Positions 8,390 through 17,823 of a stretch of DNA of 64,000 bases are shown here, piece by piece. Position 1 is the first letter of the stretch. The number at the start of each line of letters is the position of its first letter. The stretch is taken from contig CAVPJU010000010.1 in NCBI GenBank assembly GCA_963705505.1, positions 352,001 through 416,000 on the forward strand. The letters are read 5' to 3'. This DNA comes from an uncultured bacterium (GTDB lineage: Bacteria > Desulfobacterota_D > UBA1144 > Nemesobacterales > UBA2774). The translations under genes and the position numbers were made by a program. The notes beneath the pieces were generated by a model. That model was not told the DNA's origin, ran no database searches, and was given only the letters and a program-made list of their open reading frames with translations.

Positions 8390-11300
8390 ATGAACATAGC
8401 TGAATTTTCAATAAAAAAAAATGTCATTACGATAACGCTGACTATCGTTCTCATTTATGCGGGTTTTAAATCCTTTCAGAGCCTGCCGCGGCTCGAAGAC
8501 CCCGAGTTCACGATAAAGGAAGCCGTAATACTCACGCCCTACCCCGGGGCGAGCGCTTCGGAGGTCGAAAATGAGGTAACGAACGTAATTGAAAAGGCGG
8601 TGCAGGAACTGGGGCAGCTAAAGAGGGTGGAATCCACTTCATCCCGCGGACTTTCGTACGTCAAAGCGACAATCAAGGACGAATACGATAAGAAGAGCCT
8701 GCCCCAGGTATGGGACGAGCTCCGCCGAAAGGTTAACGATTATCAGTCTCAGCTGCCACCCGGAGCTGGTCCATCGCTCGTAAATGACGATTACGGCGAT
8801 GTTTACGGCGTATACCTGGCAATAACGGGAGAGGGGTACAGCTATGCGGAGCTAAAGAACTACGCAGACCTGCTCAAAAGGGAATTGCTGCTCGTCAAGG
8901 ACGTAAAGAAAATAGTCCTCTACGGTGAGCAGCCCGAGGCGGTTTACGTCGAAATGTCGCGGCCCAAAATGGCGGCGCTGGAGATATCGCAGCAGGATAT
9001 ATATAACGCGCTCAAGGCAAAGAACCTCCCCACAGACGCAGGGGATATAGACGTGGGTAAGGAAAAACTTCCCATCAATCCGACAGGCGAGTTCACATCC
9101 GAGAAAGAGTTCGGGGACTTGCTCGTAAGCAGCCGGGGAAGTGAGAGCCTCGTTTACCTCAAGGACGTAGCGGACGTGAGGAGGGGGTACAAAGACCCCC
9201 CGAAAAATCTGCTCAGGTATAACGGAAAGCCCGCGATCGGACTCGCCATATCGACGGTCCTCGGCGGGAACGTCGTAACGATGGGGAAAGGAATAGAGCA
9301 AAAGATAAAAGATCTCGAGCCGCTGGCCCCTCTGGGGATGGAAATCGAAGTCATTTCTCTTCAGTCGGAAGCCGTAACCCAGGCAATAAACGGGTTCGTT
9401 GTCAACCTCCTTGAAGCCATAGTGATAGTGGTGGTCGTGCTCCTCTTCGCCATGGGATTGAGGAGCGGTCTAATCATAGGGGCTATCCTCTTCATCACGA
9501 TCTGCGGCACTTTCGTCTTTATGGGGATGTGGAACGTAACGCTCGAAAGGATCTCGCTCGGGGCGTTGATAATCGCCCTCGGGATGCTCGTCGATAACGC
9601 AATCGTCGTCGTTGACGGTATGAAGATAAAGATGGAGCAGGGAGAGGACGCCATAAACGCGGCTAAGGAGATAGTGGGACAGACCGCATTTCCTCTTCTC
9701 GGAGCGACCGTGGTCGCAGTGCTGGCATTCGCCGCGATCGGCACGTCGAAAGACAGCACGGGGGAGTATTGCAGGACTTTATTCCAGGTAATTTTGATAT
9801 CGCTCATGCTGAGCTGGGTCACCGCGGTCACTATAACACCCCTTCTCTGTAAACACTTTCTGGTCGGAAAAAGAAAACCCGGAAAAGAAGATTCGAAAGA
9901 AAAAGATCCCTATGCGGGCAAATTCTTCCAAGCGTATAAGAAGCTTCTAATAACCGCTATAAAATTAAGATATGTCACTGTCGGAATCATAGTCGCAATC
10001 TTTATACTCTCACTGATCGGGTTCGGATTCATAAAGACGATGTTCTTCCCGACGGCGACGAGGCCCCAGTTCTTTGTGGAGTTCTATTTCCCCGAGGGAT
10101 ACCGCATCGAGGATACAGCAAAGGAACTCGAAGCAGCACAAGATTATCTGAAAAACATCGAAGGAGTGACGAGCGTCATCACCGAGATCGGGGGAAGCGA
10201 CCCCCGTTTTCTCCTGACGTACGTCCCCGGAAAGTCATCGCCCAGTTACGCGGTCATTCTGGCGACTGTCGAAAACTACAATGTAATCGACCCGATCCTG
10301 CAGAAGACACAGAACGACCTCGAGAAGATTCTTCCCGACGCGGTAGTAAACGTGAGGAAATTCCTCCTCGGGCCGGGGGAAGGGGGAAAGATACAGCTCC
10401 GGATAAGCGGTCCAGACAGAACGGTGCTTAGAGAACTTGCGGGGAAGGTTGAGGATATCTTAAAAGCGGACCCGCAGGCAAAAGCGGTCAGGGACGAATG
10501 GAAGGAAAAGGTAAAGGTAGTGAGGCCACAATTGGAAGAGGCGCAGGCAAGCCAGCTCGGAATATCGCGGCCCGAGGTCTCAAAGGCGTTCGAAGAGTCG
10601 TTCTCGGGCACCCAGGCCGGTATATACAGGGATAAAAGCACGTTCGAACCGCAGCTCCTGCCCATTATTGCGAGGGCTCCCGACTACGAAAGAATGAACC
10701 TCGATACGATTCAGAGCCTCCAGATATGGAGCACTGCGGCAGGGAGAATGATACCGATAGGACAGGTGGTCTCGGGATTCAACACAGAGACCGAAGACGC
10801 GAACATCGGGAGGCGGGACAGGGTGACGATGATAAAAATCCATGCGGATCCGAGGACCGAGCTTCCGAGCGAGCTCATGGCGCGTGTTAAACCCGAGATA
10901 GAGAAAGCGCTAAACGTTGACGTGGGCAAGGTCACCGGAAAGGATTTCGGCCCTCAGGACAACCCCTTTCAGGACTTCAACCACGAGGTGATCCCAATAC
11001 GCGAAGCGGACCAGCTGCCGCTAAAAGGCATGCCCGGCTACTACATGGCCTGGGGAGGTGAAGCCGAGGATTCTGCCCGCGCAAACGATGGGCTCAAAAA
11101 GCAACTACCGGTATTCTTCGCAATGATGGTGCTTATAGTCGTGTTCCTCTTCAACTCCGTGAGGCAGCCGCTTATTATTTGGCTCACTGTGCCGTTATCC
11201 ATTATTGGCGTTACCATCGGGCTTCTATTGTTCAAACAGCCCTTCGGGTTTATGGCGCTTCTTGGACTTTTGAGCCTCTCCGGAATGCTCATAAAAAATG

Positions 11301-11572
11301 CGATTGTCCTTATAGACCAGATCGATACTGAAATAAGGAGCGGCAAGGACCGTTACCGGTCTGTTGTGGATTCCGGGGTAAGCCGTTTAAACCCGGTCAT
11401 GATGGCGGCAGCGACTACGATTCTGGGTATGATCCCTCTTCTGCAAGACGCGTTTTTCGTATCGATGGCCGTGACCATAATGTTCGGACTGCTGGTAGCG
11501 ACTGTGCTTACGCTCGTCGTCGTCCCCGTGCTTTATACCATCTTCTTCAAGATTCCCAACCCGTCCAAATAG
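8390..11572 (+). CDS. RND efflux transporter permease (AcrB/AcrD/AcrF family)
   Basis: 1060 aa; GMLVDNAIVV, GMLIKNAIVL and RLNPVMM motifs. Confidence 0.95.
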   Translation: MNIAEFSIKKNVITITLTIVLIYAGFKSFQSLPRLEDPEFTIKEAVILTPYPGASASEVENEVTNVIEKAVQELGQLKRVESTSSRGLSYVKATIKDEYDKKSLPQVWDELRRKVNDYQSQLPPGAGPSLVNDDYGDVYGVYLAITGEGYSYAELKNYADLLKRELLLVKDVKKIVLYGEQPEAVYVEMSRPKMAALEISQQDIYNALKAKNLPTDAGDIDVGKEKLPINPTGEFTSEKEFGDLLVSSRGSESLVYLKDVADVRRGYKDPPKNLLRYNGKPAIGLAISTVLGGNVVTMGKGIEQKIKDLEPLAPLGMEIEVISLQSEAVTQAINGFVVNLLEAIVIVVVVLLFAMGLRSGLIIGAILFITICGTFVFMGMWNVTLERISLGALIIALGMLVDNAIVVVDGMKIKMEQGEDAINAAKEIVGQTAFPLLGATVVAVLAFAAIGTSKDSTGEYCRTLFQVILISLMLSWVTAVTITPLLCKHFLVGKRKPGKEDSKEKDPYAGKFFQAYKKLLITAIKLRYVTVGIIVAIFILSLIGFGFIKTMFFPTATRPQFFVEFYFPEGYRIEDTAKELEAAQDYLKNIEGVTSVITEIGGSDPRFLLTYVPGKSSPSYAVILATVENYNVIDPILQKTQNDLEKILPDAVVNVRKFLLGPGEGGKIQLRISGPDRTVLRELAGKVEDILKADPQAKAVRDEWKEKVKVVRPQLEEAQASQLGISRPEVSKAFEESFSGTQAGIYRDKSTFEPQLLPIIARAPDYERMNLDTIQSLQIWSTAAGRMIPIGQVVSGFNTETEDANIGRRDRVTMIKIHADPRTELPSELMARVKPEIEKALNVDVGKVTGKDFGPQDNPFQDFNHEVIPIREADQLPLKGMPGYYMAWGGEAEDSARANDGLKKQLPVFFAMMVLIVVFLFNSVRQPLIIWLTVPLSIIGVTIGLLLFKQPFGFMALLGLLSLSGMLIKNAIVLIDQIDTEIRSGKDRYRSVVDSGVSRLNPVMMAAATTILGMIPLLQDAFFVSMAVTIMFGLLVATVLTLVVVPVLYTIFFKIPNPSK

Positions 11573-11597
11573 AAAATCCTTTCATCCCGGAAAGGGG

Positions 11598-11972
11598 TCA
11601 TCTCTTTTTAGTCTTGAACACACCCGGGTCGGCGCATACCGCCCAAGCCCTCGCCTGTATATCGCCCGGACGTGTGTTCGTATTGGTACATTCGATATAC
11701 CACGAGGCTTCACCCGGCGCGGGCGCGCTTTTCGCAAGGCTTACCCATCCCTCGGTTACCAGAAACCCGAAGCATTCCCCTCCCCCGCCTATGACTACCG
11801 TACCCGCAGGGCAGGCACTCCTGACAGTGACGGATTTCCCTGGCGCCGCAGATACGGTCTCCGACTCCGCACTTACCGTAGACACCCCGTCCGCCCCGGC
11901 AGCGGCAATCGGAAAGAGACCGGCAGGCCCCAGTAAAACGACCAGCGACAGCACCGTGAGCAACCTTCTCAT
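11598..11972 (-). CDS. Secreted hypothetical protein (CPAG..VIGGG.C domain)
   Basis: Signal peptide, GGGAGG RBS, four Cys. Confidence 0.7.
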   Translation of the reverse strand: MRRLLTVLSLVVLLGPAGLFPIAAAGADGVSTVSAESETVSAAPGKSVTVRSACPAGTVVIGGGGECFGFLVTEGWVSLAKSAPAPGEASWYIECTNTNTRPGDIQARAWAVCADPGVFKTKKR

Positions 11973-12129
11973 TTATCGACCTCCCTGATAATTGCTTTTC
12001 AGATAATGTAACATAAGCAAGTTGAGGATTAATAAAAAGTTTTAATCACAAATGGTTATAGATATGCCGATTATATTCAACCGTTTCGGGTTATAATTAG
12101 ATGAGGCTTACGGTTGAGGGAATAGTGAA

Positions 12130-12681
12130 ATGAAATCCGCGATTTCCGTTTATTTAATCCTGTTATTATTACTTGGGGCTTATCCGGTATCCGCGCAGAA
12201 CGGAGACAGCGACTCGTCGGGCAGCTCGGAGGAGTCGAAGGATACCACGCCCTCCGGTCAAACCGCGGACCCGAACAATCCCCCCGTCGATATCCGTCAG
12301 CAGCCCTATGAATACTATTACTGGCCCGAGGAAAACCTCGACAATTTCGGTCTATCTACACTCGGAAACGGGGAAGGCGGGAGCACACTGGGACGCACCC
12401 CAAAGCGGAAGAGTAACATCGAGGTGAATTCACCGAAGGAGCCTGAAGAGACCGGCCAGGATACGGACGGCGATAACGGGACGGCGCTATCCCCGCCCGA
12501 GGAAGGGGATATCGACAGCGGAACAATCGTAGAGGAGGAAGCTCCTCAGTCCGCCCCTTCTGAAAGCCCGATCTACGAATGGGTGGACGATAAGGGCAAC
12601 ATACATATCACCAACAACATAGGCGACGTCCCTCTTAAATATCAGCAGGAAATTTATAAACAGAAGAACACGGGCGAATAG
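12130..12681 (+). CDS. Secreted DUF4124-like protein
   Basis: Signal peptide, acidic low-complexity linker, C-terminal IYEWVDDKGNIHITNN..DVP.KY. Confidence 0.8.
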   Translation: MKSAISVYLILLLLLGAYPVSAQNGDSDSSGSSEESKDTTPSGQTADPNNPPVDIRQQPYEYYYWPEENLDNFGLSTLGNGEGGSTLGRTPKRKSNIEVNSPKEPEETGQDTDGDNGTALSPPEEGDIDSGTIVEEEAPQSAPSESPIYEWVDDKGNIHITNNIGDVPLKYQQEIYKQKNTGE

Positions 12682-12841
12682 GATTGCATGCTGCCTTTAT
12701 GAATTACAGCACAGTGTAATGTTGCCCGTAGACCCATTTTGCTAAAACGATGAGCCGGGTTCCGGCCTCCCGTCCGCATTACCGGGAAGCACACAATAAC
12801 TCCAAGACCCATTTTAAATTCAACCCACGATGTCAAACGAG

Positions 12842-12869
12842 TTGACTCCGGGAATTGTGAAGGTAGAAT
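12842..12869 (+). promoter_or_regulatory. Putative sigma70 promoter of the antiporter gene
   Basis: TTGACT-N16-TAGAAT about 175 nt upstream of the ATG at 13046. Confidence 0.45.
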
Positions 12870-13045
12870 GAATCTCTCAGAAATACGGCGTGCACGGGGC
12901 CATGCGCCCGCACATCCCGCGGCCGCCTCAAACCGGATCATCCACAGTAAGCTTATAAACGGTGTAAGCAGCTGTAGAAAACGAGCCTGTTCCTGTGTCG
13001 GATCCGATGAAATCCTAAGATCGGCAAAGGATTGAAGAAAGCATC

Positions 13046-14857
13046 ATGCAGCGGAAACATATCGTTTTACTCGCGGGACTTGTCTTATTAATAATAGCCG
13101 CTTACGCCGCCTGGGCTTCGGTACAAGCGCCTTCGGGAACCTCCGAGCTCCCCCGTGCCCTCGACAGCTATAACGATTCCCACCTCGGGAGCATCCCCGC
13201 TATTCTGAAAGACCGCATCCGGCAGGAGCCTTTTAATCTCGTCGCCACGCTTATCTTCATCTGCGCTATTATTCACACCTTTCTTGCAAGCAAGTTCATG
13301 AACATCTCCCATAATTGGGAGCACAGGCATGAAGAGCGGATCAAGAACGGGGAGGCTGATGGGAACTCTGTCCACTTCGGCGCCGAGGTGTTTCATTTCC
13401 TGGGCGAGGTTGAGGTGGTCTTCGGTGTTTGGGCGGTCGTGCTCATCGTCGCAATTATGCTCACTTTCGGATGGCCGACAGTCATAAGCTACTTCGATTA
13501 CAATGTCAATTTCTCGGAGGCAGCGTTCGTCGTCGTGATTATGACCCTCGCTTCGACACGGCCTATATTGAAATTAGCGGAATCCAGCATGTGGAAGGTC
13601 GCCGGGCTTCTCGGCGGCTCTCTCGGGGCGCTCTGGTTCACAATCCTCACGCTAGGCCCGATACTCGGCTCGTTTATCACGGAGCCCGCCGCAATGACGA
13701 TTTCCGCGCTCGTTCTTTCAGAGAAATTTTATGAACTCCGTCCCAGCTCCAGGCTCAAATACGCGACCCTGGGACTGCTCTTCGTCAACATTTCCGTAGG
13801 CGGCACGCTCACTCACTTCGCGGCGCCCCCTATCCTGATGGTGGCAGAGCCGTGGGGCTGGGGGACGGGATTTATGCTCACCCACTTCGGGTGGAAGGCG
13901 TTTGCGGGAATACTGATTTCAAACGGACTCTACTTCATAGTATTCCGCAAAGAATTGTTGAGTATGCAGAAAGAATTCGCACTGCGCTTACTTAAGGACG
14001 AAATCGAGGCGAGATATGTCACACGGGAGCGGGTAGAGAAGGAGTTCGAAAGAATTGCGACGAATGTCGGAGAAAACCAGAGTTTTATGAAGTCCGTGAG
14101 TGAGAATACTGAATTATTCTTAACCCGGATCAAGGAGAGGATGGAGGCAGAGTCCTTGCCGAAATTGAGAGCGGAAGGTATTGACGAAACACTGATCAGA
14201 GAGGCTTTCGATAAGCGCTTCGAGGAAGTCAGGCTCACAAAAATCAGGCGATATTTACCCGGCATACTGCCCGAGGAAATGCGACCGGAATACACAGATC
14301 CGGACTGGGACAAGCGGGAGGACCCGGTGCCCGTCTGGGTCACGGTCGTCCATCTGCTCTTCATGGCATGGACCATCATAAACGCGCACTATGCACCGCT
14401 CTTCGTCCTCGGGCTACTGTTTTTTCTCGGTTTTGCGCAAGTCTCGGCCCCGTATCAGAACAAGATCAATCTGCAGCCGGCCATGCTGGTCGGGTTTTTC
14501 CTGGCCGGTCTGGTAATTCACGGCGGGCTTCAGGGCTGGTGGATCGAGCCCGTGCTCGGGGGTCTCGGGAAAGCGCCTCTCCTGCTCGGCGCGACTATAC
14601 TGACGTCGTTTAACGACAATGCGGCAATCACTTACCTGAGCACGCTGGTCCCGCATTTCACGGACAGCCTCAAATACGCCGTAGTGGCAGGCGCCGTGAC
14701 GGGGGGCGGGCTCACGGTTATCGCCAATGCCCCGAACCCTGCCGGCCAGTCCATACTTAAGAAGCACTTCGACGATGCGGTATCTCCGATCGGATTGCTT
14801 CAAGCGGCGCTGGTACCGACTATCATATTGTTTTTTTGTTTTCTACTTCTGGGTTAA
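13046..14857 (+). CDS. Putative Na+/H+ antiporter (DUF1504 / Na_H_antiport_3 family)
   Basis: Family motifs HFLGEVEVVFG.W, GSFITEPAAMT, NISVGGTLTHFAAPP, DNAAITYL and GGGLTVIANAPNPAG. Confidence 0.85.
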   Translation: MQRKHIVLLAGLVLLIIAAYAAWASVQAPSGTSELPRALDSYNDSHLGSIPAILKDRIRQEPFNLVATLIFICAIIHTFLASKFMNISHNWEHRHEERIKNGEADGNSVHFGAEVFHFLGEVEVVFGVWAVVLIVAIMLTFGWPTVISYFDYNVNFSEAAFVVVIMTLASTRPILKLAESSMWKVAGLLGGSLGALWFTILTLGPILGSFITEPAAMTISALVLSEKFYELRPSSRLKYATLGLLFVNISVGGTLTHFAAPPILMVAEPWGWGTGFMLTHFGWKAFAGILISNGLYFIVFRKELLSMQKEFALRLLKDEIEARYVTRERVEKEFERIATNVGENQSFMKSVSENTELFLTRIKERMEAESLPKLRAEGIDETLIREAFDKRFEEVRLTKIRRYLPGILPEEMRPEYTDPDWDKREDPVPVWVTVVHLLFMAWTIINAHYAPLFVLGLLFFLGFAQVSAPYQNKINLQPAMLVGFFLAGLVIHGGLQGWWIEPVLGGLGKAPLLLGATILTSFNDNAAITYLSTLVPHFTDSLKYAVVAGAVTGGGLTVIANAPNPAGQSILKKHFDDAVSPIGLLQAALVPTIILFFCFLLLG

Positions 14858-14924
14858 AGACCGGCGATTCCACGGCGTCATAACCGCGCTTATTATGGCG
14901 GCTCCTCATTCATACCCCGCCCTG

Positions 14925-16040
14925 CTATCTAAATCTTCTGCGCTCGGGCACGGCGAGCAGAGGGCAGCCGCTTCGGCGGAGAATCTGCTGTGACGTACTG
15001 CCTCTGAGAGCGTCGAGAAACCCCTGATTCCCCTTAGTCCCCATCACGATCAAATCAGCCGGGATGTCATCGGCGACATTCAGTATCGTCTCGACTACAT
15101 TGCCCCTGAGCGCAGTTTTCTTCCATACCCATGAACCGTGCTCTGGCAGATTGACCGAAGGCATTCGTGAAGGATCACCTACGAATAAGAGTGTAAACAC
15201 GCACTCGCCGCACTCAAAAACCTGAGCGATTTTGAGAGCGGCGTATATACCCAGAAGCGGGTCGGGCTCGGAGTCTATAGGAATCAGAATATTCTTTAAA
15301 CTGATGTTCCCGTCATCAGGGGACACGAAACCGCGATCATTATCCTTGAGAAAAAGCGTCCAGCCCCCAGAATCTCTCGACACCTTTTCGGCAACGGATT
15401 TGTGCAGCAGTTTCCCCGCCCCTGACCTACGGTGAGCCGCGAGCACTGTAACATCCGAAGGGTTAGTCTTTAAATAATGGAGAATGGAGGCTACCGGGTC
15501 TTTATGAACTGCGACGACCTTCGTGTAAGCGAAGCCGAGGCCCCGCATGTCTTCTTCGGCATTTAATTCGGAAATCACCTTCCACCGCGCGAGTGTATCC
15601 CTGATCTTGGGGAATTCCGATATGACGTCTCTCTTATGCTCGGGCGACACGTGGAATAAGTTGAGCTTTGCGTTCGCAGACAGTGATAATCTCAAGGCAT
15701 GCGCAAACGCCGTATCGCTCAGCTCCGTAAAGTCGGTAGCATGGAAAATGCTTCTGAAGAAATAATTTGTCTTTAACTGCCTTTCATTCTTCCCGGAAAA
15801 ATCATCTTGCGCATCACTTTGCGCCGCTCTCCTGTCGAGTAATTCACCGAGAGTGCTGTAAGCCTCATTGATTAACCTTATCTTGGACTCGGCTCGGTTT
15901 CTCAGTCTCTCGTTATTGGAGTACTTGTCGGGATGCCAGACCTGTACCAGATCCCTGTAGGCAATTTTAAGTTCTTCGTCCGAGAAATTGTGCTCGAGAT
16001 CAAACAGATCCAAGAATCTCCCGATTTTACGGTCGCTCAT
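14925..16040 (-). CDS. DnaJ (J-domain) fused to tandem universal stress protein domains
   Basis: N-terminal AYRDLVQVWHPDK...INEAY, then HATDFTELS and DLIVMGTKG...LRGSTSQQILRRSGCPLL. Confidence 0.9.
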   Translation of the reverse strand: MSDRKIGRFLDLFDLEHNFSDEELKIAYRDLVQVWHPDKYSNNERLRNRAESKIRLINEAYSTLGELLDRRAAQSDAQDDFSGKNERQLKTNYFFRSIFHATDFTELSDTAFAHALRLSLSANAKLNLFHVSPEHKRDVISEFPKIRDTLARWKVISELNAEEDMRGLGFAYTKVVAVHKDPVASILHYLKTNPSDVTVLAAHRRSGAGKLLHKSVAEKVSRDSGGWTLFLKDNDRGFVSPDDGNISLKNILIPIDSEPDPLLGIYAALKIAQVFECGECVFTLLFVGDPSRMPSVNLPEHGSWVWKKTALRGNVVETILNVADDIPADLIVMGTKGNQGFLDALRGSTSQQILRRSGCPLLAVPERRRFR

Positions 16041-16055
16041 TCCTCTTGATGTGTA

Positions 16056-16430
16056 TCAGTTGAGAACGTTGTAACCCCTTCCTATCATGCAGTTTCTGTA
16101 AATCTGCTCATAACCTTTTTCCGAATCATAAACACCTTTTGCTCCCCCGGCAAGGCCGCCTATGACGGCGCCGTAAGCAAGTCCCGAAACAGTATTGCCG
16201 GCTATCGTGCCGATCAGCGCCCCTGTGCCGGTACCCACAGCGCCCCCTACGACAGTGTCCTTGGCGGTGTTTTGCCAATTGGGCGCCCCTTGCTGCGCTA
16301 TCGCCCTGCATTCGGCCTGATCCCTGTAATAACTGTCCTCATTACCCACGCTCCTCGGGTCGACGACCGGGTTGTAGGTCTGACAGCCCATAAGCGCAAA
16401 CATCATTATCAGAAACGCTATTTTTTTCAA
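16056..16430 (-). CDS. Glycine-zipper lipoprotein
   Basis: Lipobox LMGC, Gly-zipper GGAVGTGTGALIG...GAVIGGLAG, terminal NCMIGRGY. Confidence 0.85.
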   Translation of the reverse strand: MKKIAFLIMMFALMGCQTYNPVVDPRSVGNEDSYYRDQAECRAIAQQGAPNWQNTAKDTVVGGAVGTGTGALIGTIAGNTVSGLAYGAVIGGLAGGAKGVYDSEKGYEQIYRNCMIGRGYNVLN

Positions 16431-16494
16431 TTTATTGACCTCCCAAGAATTAATATAAATTTTCAGGATGCGAGCATTATTAATATAATAACCG

Positions 16495-17169
16495 TTATTT
16501 TTTCAACTCCTCAGAAATTTCTACGAGATCACCGCCGACAGGATCGGACAGCGTATAACCGACGAGCGGGGTGTAAGGACCGAGCTTATAATCCCTTACG
16601 GTCAGGATACATTTGGTCAGGCCGTTCTCGGCAAAGCACGAATAAGAACTGTTCGATGCCGCTATCTTATTCGTATTGCCTTCGACGACTACAGACGGTA
16701 TCAATCCGAAATTCTGGACGTCGAAACCGCCTTTACTATTTTTGGATACACGGAAGAGTCCCATGGACTCGATCTCTCTCGTATCCCGGGGAGTCGCGCC
16801 CTGGCTTTCCACGACCATCTTCCTCGTCTCCTCCGATATTATGGGCTGGTTGCCCAATTGGTTCACCCTGTCGAGAATATTGATAGTGATGGTTTCTACG
16901 GGAGCGCCGTCTTTGGATTTCGATATGACGGTTTCTATAGGCACTTCAAAGTCGTTCTCTCCCACATCGACAGCCTGGCCGAAATTCCTGACCTTCGTTA
17001 TCTGCATGCCGTTCTTCTCCGTATTGGTGACAAGCGTCTTTCCCGCAAGGAGACTGTTATAAAGCTGACGGAACTCGGTAATCGTTATGTTCGTATCGGA
17101 AGCGTAGAGGTTCATGCTTCCAAGCAAAAACAAAAGAACAAAACCTGTAGACTTGATGATTCCGCTCAT
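16495..17169 (-). CDS. Secreted hypothetical protein
   Basis: Signal peptide, AGGAGG RBS, 224 aa, no recognised domain. Confidence 0.75.
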   Translation of the reverse strand: MSGIIKSTGFVLLFLLGSMNLYASDTNITITEFRQLYNSLLAGKTLVTNTEKNGMQITKVRNFGQAVDVGENDFEVPIETVISKSKDGAPVETITINILDRVNQLGNQPIISEETRKMVVESQGATPRDTREIESMGLFRVSKNSKGGFDVQNFGLIPSVVVEGNTNKIAASNSSYSCFAENGLTKCILTVRDYKLGPYTPLVGYTLSDPVGGDLVEISEELKK

Positions 17170-17302
17170 CTTGACCTCCTGAAGTATATCGCAACCCGCC
17201 TTTTTTAAACCATTCTAACCCTAAAAGATATTCAATTCAAGATAAAATACGCCGGCCGCCGATATAAAAACTATAATCAAATCAGATGTATAATAAGAAA
17301 AA

Positions 17303-17821
17303 ATGGATAAAGAAGAAGCAAACGGGCCGGGTTTGGCGGCGAAAAGCGACGAGGAGCGCAGGAGGTTCATCCTGCAGGTCGTTCAGCCCGGGCTTGCGGG
17401 CCTCATGGACGGTACAGTATCGTCTCTAGCCCCTCTGTTTGCCGCAGCGCTTGCGACCAAGGACAGTAAGACCGCTTTTCTGGTGGGGCTTGCCACCGCC
17501 GTCGGAGCCGGTATAAGCATGGCGTTCTCCGAAGCGCTTTCCGACGACGGTAAACTTAGCGGACGGGGGAGCCCGTGGCTAAGGGGTATAGTCGAAGGGT
17601 TCATGACTTTCCTCGGAGCGATAGGGCACGCCCTTCCCTTCCTCATTCACAAATTCGAAACAGCCCTGATCGTCGCTTCTTTCGTGGTCGGAGCGGAGCT
17701 GATAGCCATAGCTTACATAAGGAACAGATACATGGATACCCCGTTTCTGTCCGCGACTTTCCAGGTGATAGTCGGGGGACTCATAGTCCTCGCCACGGGG
17801 ATTCTCATTGGTAAGAGCTGA
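17303..17821 (+). CDS. VIT1/CCC1 family transporter (MbfA membrane-domain-like)
   Basis: VQPGLAGLMDGTVSSLAPLFAAA and GAGISMAFSEALSDDG.LSGRG.PW motifs. Confidence 0.9.
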   Translation: MDKEEANGPGLAAKSDEERRRFILQVVQPGLAGLMDGTVSSLAPLFAAALATKDSKTAFLVGLATAVGAGISMAFSEALSDDGKLSGRGSPWLRGIVEGFMTFLGAIGHALPFLIHKFETALIVASFVVGAELIAIAYIRNRYMDTPFLSATFQVIVGGLIVLATGILIGKS

Positions 17822-17823
17822 TC

